This document shows, piece after piece, positions 1-7,289 of a stretch of DNA of 64,000 nt; positions within the stretch are counted from its first letter, which is position 1; each line of letters begins with the position of its first letter. A program made the translations under genes and the position numbers. Where the stretch lies: IMG/VR virus record IMGVR_UViG_3300046705_000096, positions 1,348 to 65,347 of that record. One strand, given 5' to 3'. This stretch comes from a virus. Lineage: Duplodnaviria; Caudoviricetes. A model generated the notes under the pieces. That model saw only the letters and a program-made list of their open reading frames with translations. It ran no database searches and was not told the DNA's origin.

Positions 1-39
1 TTCCCGGTCGATTGTCAAGCGGACCGATGTTTGCGTATT

Positions 40-372
40 TCATTGTTCCCATTCCTCAGATTGTGCTACGTGTTCCACAACTTGATCGAACAAGTCGGAT
101 GCAATGTCCCGCGCGGATTCTTCATCCTCATTCGCGCCAACGCATGAACTTCCCCAGAATCCCCGATGGTCTTGATCGTATTGGGAATTGCCCGTTAGAA
201 ATGCGAATCCCCTTCCGGGTTGATAGTTCAGACGACAATCGATTGTCGGTTCATCACAACCGGGGTCAACCATTTCCGGCTCAACATCGGCCGATAGCGT
301 GAGGATATCGGCAATCAGTGTGGGGAATCCCCCGTCATTCTCAAATTCTTCCCGGATGGTTTGTTCGTTCAT
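40..372 (-). CDS. hypothetical early phage protein (acidic)
   Basis: 110-aa ORF with GGAG RBS upstream, in a tightly packed - strand array of small ORFs. Confidence 0.7.
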   Translation of the reverse strand: MNEQTIREEFENDGGFPTLIADILTLSADVEPEMVDPGCDEPTIDCRLNYQPGRGFAFLTGNSQYDQDHRGFWGSSCVGANEDEESARDIASDLFDQVVEHVAQSEEWEQ

Positions 373-384
373 TTGATTCTCCCC

Positions 385-528
385 TCAGAATTCGGTTTCC
401 AGAATTTCGCGAATACGTTCACTCGATTCCCGATTCGCGAGTACATCTCGCACGTTGTCATTCTCTAACGCGATTGACGGATCGATCAACAGCTCCCCGC
501 AAAGGGAATTGAATTCGGACTGTTTCAT
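385..528 (-). CDS. small hypothetical early protein (47 aa, MKQSEFNSLCGELLIDPSIALEND...ETEF)
   Basis: Read manually, below the ORF-track cutoff; fills the gap between neighbouring ORFs. Confidence 0.6.
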   Translation of the reverse strand: MKQSEFNSLCGELLIDPSIALENDNVRDVLANRESSERIREILETEF

Positions 529-546
529 CGTTAGTATTCTCACCAT

Positions 547-804
547 TCAGGTTAGCGCGGCGGTTGATACGCTGGAAAACGTCGCAATGCGGTTTTGCAA
601 TCCGGATTCGTCAACCGGAAAGTTTCTCAGTCCCATTTCGTTGATATGTCGGCCCGTGGTTTGAGCCCATACGTTTTCCCGGCGCACGTTTCCCAGCGGG
701 CCGCTATAGCCGATGCACATTTCGTAGGAAAAGTAAAACGCATGCTGGCCGAATGTCAGAACGCGCGCATCGGTTTTCCGGCCGGTCGGATTCGTGAGTT
801 TCAT
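547..804 (-). CDS. hypothetical early protein
   Basis: ATG at 804 preceded by GGAG RBS. Confidence 0.6.
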   Translation of the reverse strand: MKLTNPTGRKTDARVLTFGQHAFYFSYEMCIGYSGPLGNVRRENVWAQTTGRHINEMGLRNFPVDESGLQNRIATFSSVSTAALT

Positions 805-816
805 TGTTTTCTCCAA

Positions 817-1168
817 TCAATTTAAGTATCCCGGATCAACAATTTCCGCGCCGTCGTTTTCGATCAAAAATGTGTGCGCGGCCCGAATGAAATCGCCCGC
901 GGACAATCCGCATTGAGGGCAATCAATCGTTCCATCAGTCCCGTTGTGCCCGCATCGGTGACGTAGGGAAAGCGGCGGTAACGCGTCGAGTGATTCGCCG
1001 ATTCGTTCCACTAGGTCAATCCCGCGGCCGTCTGCTAACTCGCCGAATGTTCCATCCGAAATATCGGGCGACTGAGGGATAGTCGTAGTCTGTCTGAATT
1101 GGAACAATTCGACCATCATCGGCCACAAGCCGGATGAGATAGGTTGAAGAATCAAGCGTGAGTTTCAT
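817..1168 (-). pseudogene. frameshift-split early gene (N-part 1016-1168, C-part in +1 frame to 817; Cys-rich C-terminus)
   Basis: Strong RBS (GGGGAG) plus ATG at 1168 gives 50 aa ending GAT TGA at 1016; the overlapping +1 frame continues to CGHNGTDGTIDCPQC...DPGY. Confidence 0.5.
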
Positions 1169-1171
1169 TGG

Positions 1172-1618
1172 TTACTCCCCGAAATAGATTTCTGTGAGTT
1201 CACCGTAAACGCGGGTTCCTTCCATTTCGCATGTTCCGTATGGTTTCGACATTGCCGTTAGTTCGTCGCCGTGTTGCCAATCCCCGTCCCAAAATCCCGC
1301 GCCGTGTTCGTTGCGCGTGAAATGGAAATCGGTTCCGGCTTGTTCATGGTCGTCGATGAGATGTTTCGCATCATTCCAGAATGCGAACGCATCAGAGAAC
1401 AATTCCTGCAATTGATCGGCCGAAACGAGAGATTCGATTTCATCCCATACGTTCCACGAATGGCCGAATTCGCCCATAGCTGGGAATAGCGGTTCGGGGT
1501 TTTGGTCTCCCTCAATCCATTCATGCGCGGTAAACCCCATCGCCTGAATGTAACCCTTCCAGAATTCCCCGAATTCTGGGATCGTGTCACAAATCCATTG
1601 GAGTTGTGATTGTGTCAT
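1172..1618 (-). CDS. conserved-looking hypothetical phage protein (AGTDFHFTRNEHGAGFWDG motif)
   Basis: Motif resembles a recurring uncharacterised phage family (AGHDFWLTRNxHGAGFWD), recalled from memory. Confidence 0.7.
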   Translation of the reverse strand: MTQSQLQWICDTIPEFGEFWKGYIQAMGFTAHEWIEGDQNPEPLFPAMGEFGHSWNVWDEIESLVSADQLQELFSDAFAFWNDAKHLIDDHEQAGTDFHFTRNEHGAGFWDGDWQHGDELTAMSKPYGTCEMEGTRVYGELTEIYFGE

Positions 1619-1687
1619 CGGTCCATTACCCAAAGGTAGAAGGTCGGAAGAAGGAACGCGCAGAACAGGACGATTGCAATGTTCATT

Positions 1688-2092
1688 TCAGTAGCCCAAT
1701 GCCAGTTTCAATTGTGACAGGTTGGCGCAATGGACCGATTCGATAGTTTCGATTCCTGTTGAATGAATGACGGGAATGTGAACTACGATTCGTCCGCTGC
1801 GCCAAGAGGGGGCCGTAGAAACGTGGTGATTGTCGGCGAATGCTTTTAGCTTCTGGTAGACGGTCAAAGAATCACTCCCCTTTCTGATGCAACGGCCAGC
1901 ATCGCGGAAACCGCAATTGCTTCCCGTGGGTTTGCCGTCATGCGGTTCAATGCAGACTGATAAGCGGTTTTGAGTTGAGGGATTGGATAGAGACGATACA
2001 GATTGCAATCGAATTCGTAGCTGGCGGAAATGGTCATTGGATTCTCCCGGTTGCGGGTTGCGTTGAATGATGCGTTGATAGTCAGAATTCAC
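1688..2092 (-). CDS. hypothetical early protein
   Basis: 134-aa ORF in the early array, overlapping the stop of the upstream ORF. Confidence 0.55.
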   Translation of the reverse strand: MNSDYQRIIQRNPQPGESNDHFRQLRIRLQSVSSLSNPSTQNRLSVCIEPHDGKPTGSNCGFRDAGRCIRKGSDSLTVYQKLKAFADNHHVSTAPSWRSGRIVVHIPVIHSTGIETIESVHCANLSQLKLALGY

Positions 2093-2267
2093 TACCTGTC
2101 AGATAGTCGAGAGTTTGATCGATGTGGGAATCGGTTTCCCGCATTGAATCAATGTCGAATTCGCAACCGTGCGCCTTGACGAACTCATAAAGGTTATGAC
2201 TTGCCAAGCGCAGGTTTTCCATCAGACGGGCGAATTCGATTTCATCGGCCATGTTTTGCATTTTCAT
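2082..2267 (-). CDS. small hypothetical early protein
   Basis: GGAG-ttcaaccg-ATG start at 2267. Confidence 0.55.
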   Translation of the reverse strand: MKMQNMADEIEFARLMENLRLASHNLYEFVKAHGCEFDIDSMRETDSHIDQTLDYLTGSEF

Positions 2268-2309
2268 CGGTTGAACTCCGGCGGTTGAAGGATGCGTTGC
2301 GAACACTAA

Positions 2310-2345
2310 AGGTTAGTTCGCGGTTGACCGGGGTCAAATGGAATT
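2310..2345 (-). promoter_or_regulatory. sigma70-type early promoter P3
   Basis: - strand AATTCCAT-TTGACC-N16-TAACCT; same upstream 8-mer and spacing as P1 and P2. Confidence 0.6.
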
Positions 2346-2353
2346 CTGAGAAT

Positions 2354-2530
2354 TCAACCGTTCCGATAGGGTTTGCCATCAGGAACAATCCAGATTGCAA
2401 CGATGTGAATTACTTTCGGCGAATGACACGCAAGTAGCTCATTGATTGCATCTAGTTCGGAGTCGGCTGGACAATCCATGTTCCAGCCGTCGGATTCTTC
2501 ATCGTCAAATCGGATTCGATAGCGTTTCAT
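2354..2530 (-). CDS. small hypothetical early protein (58 aa)
   Basis: Read manually; GGGAG RBS, ATG 2530, TGA 2354. Confidence 0.5.
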   Translation of the reverse strand: MKRYRIRFDDEESDGWNMDCPADSELDAINELLACHSPKVIHIVAIWIVPDGKPYRNG

Positions 2531-2549
2531 TGTTGGTTAAAACTCCCGG

Positions 2550-2591
2550 CGGTTGAACTCGGTTGGATGTTTCGGTTGAACTCGGTTGGAT
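2550..2591. repeat. 19-bp direct repeat x2 (CGGTTGAACTCGGTTGGAT)
   Basis: Exact copies at 2550-2568 and 2573-2591. Confidence 0.9.
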
Positions 2592-2699
2592 TTCAATACC
2601 ACTTGAAACCATCGATGCACGAATAGATTCCATAAGCGGCAGCGGCGATTGCGGCGATTGCGAGAAACATTGTTTGATTCCTTTTGTTGAAGTTAATGA

Positions 2700-2735
2700 A
2701 GTCTAGGTCAAGTGTGATCGGTGTCAAATGGAATT
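2700..2735 (-). promoter_or_regulatory. sigma70-type early promoter P2
   Basis: - strand AATTCCAT-TTGACA-N16-TAGACT. Confidence 0.7.
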
Positions 2736-3011
2736 CAGATTATTTCCGTCGAATTCTTCAGGGTTGCCGATGGCATCCCAATACCCACCGGGGAATCCGG
2801 GTTCATATTGTGTATATTCGACTTCCCGAATACTAACGGAACCGAAGACGTCCAGCGGGAAAACCTTGCGAGCATAGTCAAGCGCGGACTCTTTCGTCCG
2901 GAAAACTTTGGAAACGCAATCGGCATGATCGAAGTCGCCATCCCCGCATTCATCGAAGGGGAGATTGTTGCACCATTCCACTTCAAAAGCGCGTTGACCG
3001 AACGTTGTCAT
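2724..3011 (-). CDS. hypothetical early protein (first gene after P1)
   Basis: 95-aa ORF directly downstream of P1; its TGA lies inside the -35 box of P2. Confidence 0.65.
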   Translation of the reverse strand: MTTFGQRAFEVEWCNNLPFDECGDGDFDHADCVSKVFRTKESALDYARKVFPLDVFGSVSIREVEYTQYEPGFPGGYWDAIGNPEEFDGNNLNSI

Positions 3012-3055
3012 TGTGATGTTCCTGATTGAGTGAAAAGACTGTCACCGAACACTCA

Positions 3056-3091
3056 ATTCTAGTTCAAGCGGAATCGTTGTCAAATGGAATT
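3056..3091 (-). promoter_or_regulatory. sigma70-type early promoter P1
   Basis: - strand AATTCCAT-TTGACA-N16-TAGAAT, near consensus. Confidence 0.75.
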
Positions 3092-3415
3092 TGGCTACAA
3101 TAATGGAATTGACGTAAGTTGTTCGATGGAAGGTACTTAAATGCACTTATTATCCACGGTACTAAGTCACCAATGCGGATGTTACATAGCATCGGACTTA
3201 GGATGCTATATAGCATCTAATTAGTATAATTGATACACCCGGAACTTTCACGCGCGGTTGAAGCGCGGGGTTTCCAAGGTAGTCCACTAGATTGTTCATC
3301 AGTATATGGTAGTACAAAAGACACGGTGTCTTGTCCAGCCTGATCCGAACAGCAATTGACAGGGAATCAATTGAGAGGGCAACGTAACCTATTGGTATGT
3401 AAGGGATTGCAGCCT

Positions 3416-3447
3416 GAAAATGCACAGAAAATGCACCGAAAATGCAC
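3416..3447. repeat. GAAAATGCAC x3, 11-bp period
   Basis: Copies at 3416, 3427 and 3438. Confidence 0.9.
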
Positions 3448-3664
3448 GCGAACCCGGCGGGTCAAAACCGCGATCCCGACCATCCGGTATCCCGGCCGCG
3501 AAACGGCCTGCCCTTTCGACTCTGACGTATCCATTAGACTTACGACAAGGATCGACGCGTCGAAACGTCAAGGGGCGCGTTAAAGTACGCGTCGATCGGT
3601 CGGTCCTGTTCAGGCAGCCCAGCAGGCTCAGAGACCGCCGACCCGACGAACGGTCCTGCCGCCC

Positions 3665-3704
3665 GCGGCACCCAGCGGCACCCAGCGGCACCCAGCGGCA
3701 CCCA
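3665..3704. repeat. 10-bp tandem repeat GCGGCACCCA x4
   Basis: Four exact tandem copies. Confidence 0.95.
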
Positions 3705-3952
3705 GACTCCGGTCGAGCCAAAAGTCTGCCGGCGAGGTCCGGTGGGTGGGTCAAATCCGCGGACGGCGACCGCCCAGCGGCAACCCAGCGACTCGCCCTC
3801 GGACAGTCAGGTTAGGCGTTTCAGGTCATTATCGACGCGTCGATTCACCGTGCTTAACTGCCTGCCGGGAGTTAGGTCAATCGATGCGTCGCGCGTCCGA
3901 TCGTCCGTGCGACGCGTCGATTGACTGTGAATAACTGCCTGTCGGGAGTTAG

Positions 3953-4074
3953 GTCGATCGACGCGTCGCGCGGACGATCGGACGATTTCCCTATTTTTCT
4001 TTGTATAAGACTTTATTAGAGCGGCTACAAGGTTTCCATACACGGATAAGTAGGTAAAAATCGTCCAACGTCCG
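3953..4074. repeat. dyad element copy A (inverted homologue of 37384-37502)
   Basis: 3953-4011 matches the reverse complement of 37444-37502 at 58/59 nt; internal inverted arms 3971-3993 and 4051-4074. Confidence 0.9.
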
Positions 4075-4234
4075 GAATCTGCACCACAAGCTAAGTTATA
4101 AACAGAGGTAACTAATCAACTTACATCAATCACCAAGTCTCTACCCATCCAATATCGATAGAATTATCGTCCGGGAAGGGACACTACTGGGCCTGCTGGG
4201 ACGCCCCGGTGATTGGCGACGTGAGCCTAGCATC

Positions 4235-4344
4235 CGTTCTAAGGCCCCTAGCAGCTTCGCTGAGGACCAATATCCGAAAAGATGAGACCTGAGTCATCTT
4301 GCTGCCTGTCACCGCTTAGAGAGGACGCTAGGGGCCTTAAAACG
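4235..4344. ncRNA. candidate structured RNA or cruciform (13-bp closing stem, inner hairpin)
   Basis: TAAGGCCCCTAGC (4240-4252) pairs with GCTAGGGGCCTTA (4327-4339); inner AAGATGA/TCATCTT hairpin. Confidence 0.35.
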
Positions 4345-4616
4345 CATATCAAGTAAAATAAGGACTTATGACGAGATTCAACGCGTCGAAAACAACAATC
4401 AGAAACTAGCAAGTACCTTATGACTTTCAACGCGTCGAAAAGCCCAACTATTTCCAGAAAATGAAAAGATTGTTGAGCGTCTTAACAATCGGTCTGTGTA
4501 CTACATATAAGGACTTATGTCGAGAATTGACGCGTCGATCTACCATCAACAAAAGACTTACATCGAGAATCGACGCGTACTTTAATCCGACCCCTATAGG
4601 GTAGAGGGTAAGATAC

Positions 4617-4967
4617 ATGCCAGATTACGAAGCCGAGTGGTCCCAACGACAAGCCGAGGCACCACCCCGCCGTGAGTGTGAGACCGCTGATCTGTTCCTG
4701 TGGGAATACGCCAACTCACGTGACCCTGCTTTGATCGATTTTGTGGTGAAGGAATTCGGCGATTACGTTCAGAACCTCGCTCGAAAAAATTCCCCGGCAT
4801 CCCACGTTGAAGACGTGGTTCAAGAGACATGGCTCCGAGTGTTGTCGAAATGCCACAAGTATGACCGGTTCAAACATTCTGCAAAAACGTGGATCGGCCA
4901 ACAATTTTGGAAAGTTCTCGACAAAATCAAGCGAACTGAAGCCCGCTACGTACCGCTCGAAGCATGA
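4617..4967 (+). CDS. ECF-like sigma70 region-2-only protein
   Basis: VEDVVQETWLRVL...YD...AKTWI resembles sigma regions 2.2-2.3; ends at 116 aa with no region 4. Confidence 0.7.
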   Translation: MPDYEAEWSQRQAEAPPRRECETADLFLWEYANSRDPALIDFVVKEFGDYVQNLARKNSPASHVEDVVQETWLRVLSKCHKYDRFKHSAKTWIGQQFWKVLDKIKRTEARYVPLEA

Positions 4968-5509
4968 ACGACCCGGCCCGATCAAACCGATGCCAGCACG
5001 TCGGCCGAACGAGCCAATGCGGCGAAGACGCCGTCCCCGGACACGCCAGATGCCAATCCCATCTCCCGCGGACGCAACTTGTTGCCCATGAGCAACGGCA
5101 GTACCTGCTGACCAAAATCGATGATCGCGTCAGACTCAGCCAGTTCGCCGAGCACGATAGCATCAAGTCGCTTCGCGACGAAATCGCAATGGCTCGGTTG
5201 CTTGTCGAAAAACGCTTCAATCTGATCCGAAATGATGCCGAACTGCTCACTGCCTGCGCCCCGATCAACCAACTGCTTTTGACGATCGAGCGACTCGTCA
5301 AAACCTGCCACACGATGGAACAGTCGCTCGGAAGTCTACTCGCCCGCACAACCGTGCTGGCACTCGGCCGCAAACTCTGCGAAGTGATTGTGAACGAACT
5401 TCAGGGTCTGCCCGACTACGAAAACGTGATTGACCAACTCATCGAGAAACTTGTCCCAGTTCTGGCCGGAGAGACCAATGTCGCCCAAATACAAACTCAC
5501 CAAAGCTGA
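4964..5509 (+). CDS. putative terminase small subunit (N-terminal Cys/His knuckle, helical body)
   Basis: C..C..C..H N-terminus, helical remainder, upstream of TerL; assignment mainly positional. Confidence 0.45.
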   Translation: MNDPARSNRCQHVGRTSQCGEDAVPGHARCQSHLPRTQLVAHEQRQYLLTKIDDRVRLSQFAEHDSIKSLRDEIAMARLLVEKRFNLIRNDAELLTACAPINQLLLTIERLVKTCHTMEQSLGSLLARTTVLALGRKLCEVIVNELQGLPDYENVIDQLIEKLVPVLAGETNVAQIQTHQS

Positions 5510-5681
5510 CCTGCCGGCCATCGCCAAAGCTGCTGCCATCGGCGCGTCTCTCGCCCTCGTCACGTGGGCATCCACGTTCGTCGTCGAGATCGACTACGGA
5601 TGGCTGTCGCCGATCGTCATGGGCGTTGCCGTTCCCGGCCTTGCGACGCTGAAGCGTTGGCTCACCGAATACTCCGCATAA
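5478..5681 (+). CDS. small two-TM membrane protein, holin-like
   Basis: 67 aa, two hydrophobic segments, basic C-terminus (LKRWL), GGAGAG RBS. Confidence 0.55.
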   Translation: MSPKYKLTKADLPAIAKAAAIGASLALVTWASTFVVEIDYGWLSPIVMGVAVPGLATLKRWLTEYSA

Positions 5682-5685
5682 CACC

Positions 5686-5785
5686 GCTGCGGCCGATGAC
5701 GCCGCTCCCCGCTACCGCCGCTTCAGAGGACGCTGAGCCGCAATTGCCTGCCGCGTCCCACTCGGTCAGCACCATCGGCCGCAGC
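5686..5785. ncRNA. candidate structured RNA leader (13-bp closing stem)
   Basis: GCTGCGGCCGATG (5686-5698) pairs with CATCGGCCGCAGC (5773-5785); inner GGACGC/GCGTCC stem. Confidence 0.35.
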
Positions 5786-5803
5786 ATCACACAGAGGTTT
5801 GCC

Positions 5804-6946
5804 ATGCTGAGACGCTTTGCCATCGCCGCGACCCTGATCGGGGCCGTCTGCCTTACCAGTTCGTTCGTTTCTCAACCCGATCGGAAAGAGCCGGTAAAGA
5901 GTGAGGAGCCGGTAAAGAGCCAGAAAGAGGAGAAGCCGGCCGAGAAGCCGGCCGAGAAGCCGGCCGAGAAGCGACAGCCCGAGAAGACAATCCTGTTCTT
6001 CACTGCGGGTTGGTGCCAAGCCTGCCAGAGGTTCAAAAACGGCCCGCTCGCACTGCTTCGCAAAGCGGGTTGGACCGAGAAGCACATCCGCGAGGTTTCC
6101 GACGAGGCCACGTTCGACAAGTACGACATTCGCGTCCTGCCGACGTTCATCTTGACCGTGGATGGCAAAGAGATCAGCCGTCGCACCGGGTACATGGACC
6201 AATGGGAAATCGGTGAGTTCCACAAGAGCAAGGGTGAGACCTCGATTGCGAACTGGCGTAGTGCCGTTGTGCAGATCGGCGGTTGCTCCGGCGTCTGCAT
6301 CCACCCGTCCGGTATTTTCCTGACGGTCAAGCATTGCCGAGTCCCCCAGAAAACGACGCTGACGATCGACGGCCAAACCGTGAGCGTCGCCCGCATCTTC
6401 GAGTCCAGAGGTGAGGGTCCGGTTATTCTTGCCGCAGTGGAACCCGGCATGTTCCCGTATCTGAAGCTCGCCAAGCTGTTGCCCAAGGTCAATGATCTCG
6501 TCTACTCACTCGGCTACCCCGCCGGTAGTGGTGAACACCGACGCATCTACACGATCTCCGAAGTCCGATATCTGGGTCAGGACAAAGGCGGGTTTCTGGT
6601 CACAAACCACGTGACCATCCCCGGCAACTCTGGGGGGCCGCTGCTGAACGATCGCGGTGAAGTGATTGGTCTGCTTTCGTCGTCCACGTGGGGCACCATC
6701 GGTAAAACCCCGCCGAAATCCTATTGGGTACCGAGGGGCGAGATCATTGATGCGTTGAAGACCACACGCACCAAATATACGGCCCTGTTGAATCTGAAGA
6801 AAGGGCCGATTCCTTGGGCGCGCACTATCGTGATCGGACTCATCTCGGTCTCGGGCGTTGTCTTGACTGCATTTTTCGGTGCTCCACTCCTCATCATCGT
6901 GCCGCTCACAGCCGTGTTGAAAGTCATCGCGGGGGCAGTTTTGTGA
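5804..6946 (+). CDS. exported thioredoxin-domain plus trypsin-like serine protease with C-terminal TM anchor
   Basis: Signal peptide MLRRFAIAATLIGAVCL; EKPA linker; WCQAC; LTVKH and PGNSGGP; C-terminal hydrophobic stretch; GAGG RBS. Confidence 0.8.
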   Translation: MLRRFAIAATLIGAVCLTSSFVSQPDRKEPVKSEEPVKSQKEEKPAEKPAEKPAEKRQPEKTILFFTAGWCQACQRFKNGPLALLRKAGWTEKHIREVSDEATFDKYDIRVLPTFILTVDGKEISRRTGYMDQWEIGEFHKSKGETSIANWRSAVVQIGGCSGVCIHPSGIFLTVKHCRVPQKTTLTIDGQTVSVARIFESRGEGPVILAAVEPGMFPYLKLAKLLPKVNDLVYSLGYPAGSGEHRRIYTISEVRYLGQDKGGFLVTNHVTIPGNSGGPLLNDRGEVIGLLSSSTWGTIGKTPPKSYWVPRGEIIDALKTTRTKYTALLNLKKGPIPWARTIVIGLISVSGVVLTAFFGAPLLIIVPLTAVLKVIAGAVL

Positions 6947-7287
6947 AGCTGGTCAATAAAGAACTGGGGACGCTGCCGCGAGACATGATCGACAAAATCA
7001 AAGCAGCGATTGGTCTGTTTGGTCAAAAGGGTTCTCTGCGACTAGACGCGGAGAACGCCAAGGTCAACATACCGATTAACGACGATTTGTCCATCGACGT
7101 TTTCGCCCCTAACACCATCCACTACCAGTTCGTGGATCAGCGACTCATTGTCACATTCGATCAACAGCCGCTAGTGTGCTACCGCGGTAGCGGCCTTCTC
7201 AGTAAGTACCTGAAGTCGGTGACTGCCGGGCCGGAAAAAATCACACTCGACCTTGGGTGGGTAACCGCCAGCTTTGACTTGGAGTAA
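6943..7287 (+). CDS. hypothetical protein
   Basis: GTGA overlap with the upstream stop; 114 aa. Confidence 0.65.
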   Translation: MKLVNKELGTLPRDMIDKIKAAIGLFGQKGSLRLDAENAKVNIPINDDLSIDVFAPNTIHYQFVDQRLIVTFDQQPLVCYRGSGLLSKYLKSVTAGPEKITLDLGWVTASFDLE

Positions 7288-7289
7288 CC

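Larger units (their letters stand above)
3552..4578. repeat. array of ACGCGTCG(A) / TCGACGCGTCGA palindromic sites in non-coding DNA
   Basis: Sites at about 3555, 3587, 3835, 3912, 3961, 4381, 4430, 4530 and 4573 (partial). Confidence 0.85.

Noticed and set aside
1016-1024. RF2-type programmed +1 frameshift
   Set aside because: The P-site codon is GAT rather than CTT and there is no internal SD at the right spacing; the mechanism is unsupported although the split is real.
3665-3704. CRISPR or iteron origin from GCGGCACCCA x4
   Set aside because: Spacerless 10-bp minisatellite; no supporting context beyond lying in the control region.
4253-4310. Hammerhead ribozyme (CTGAGGA...GAAA plus hairpin)
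   Set aside because: Stem II cannot pair (CCAATATCC), position 17 would be G, and stem I does not abut the core; kept only as a generic structured-RNA candidate.
5564-5803. N-terminal extension of the protease ORF as given in the track
   Set aside because: Overlaps the holin-like gene and the structured spacer; the GAGG RBS and signal peptide support a start at 5804.
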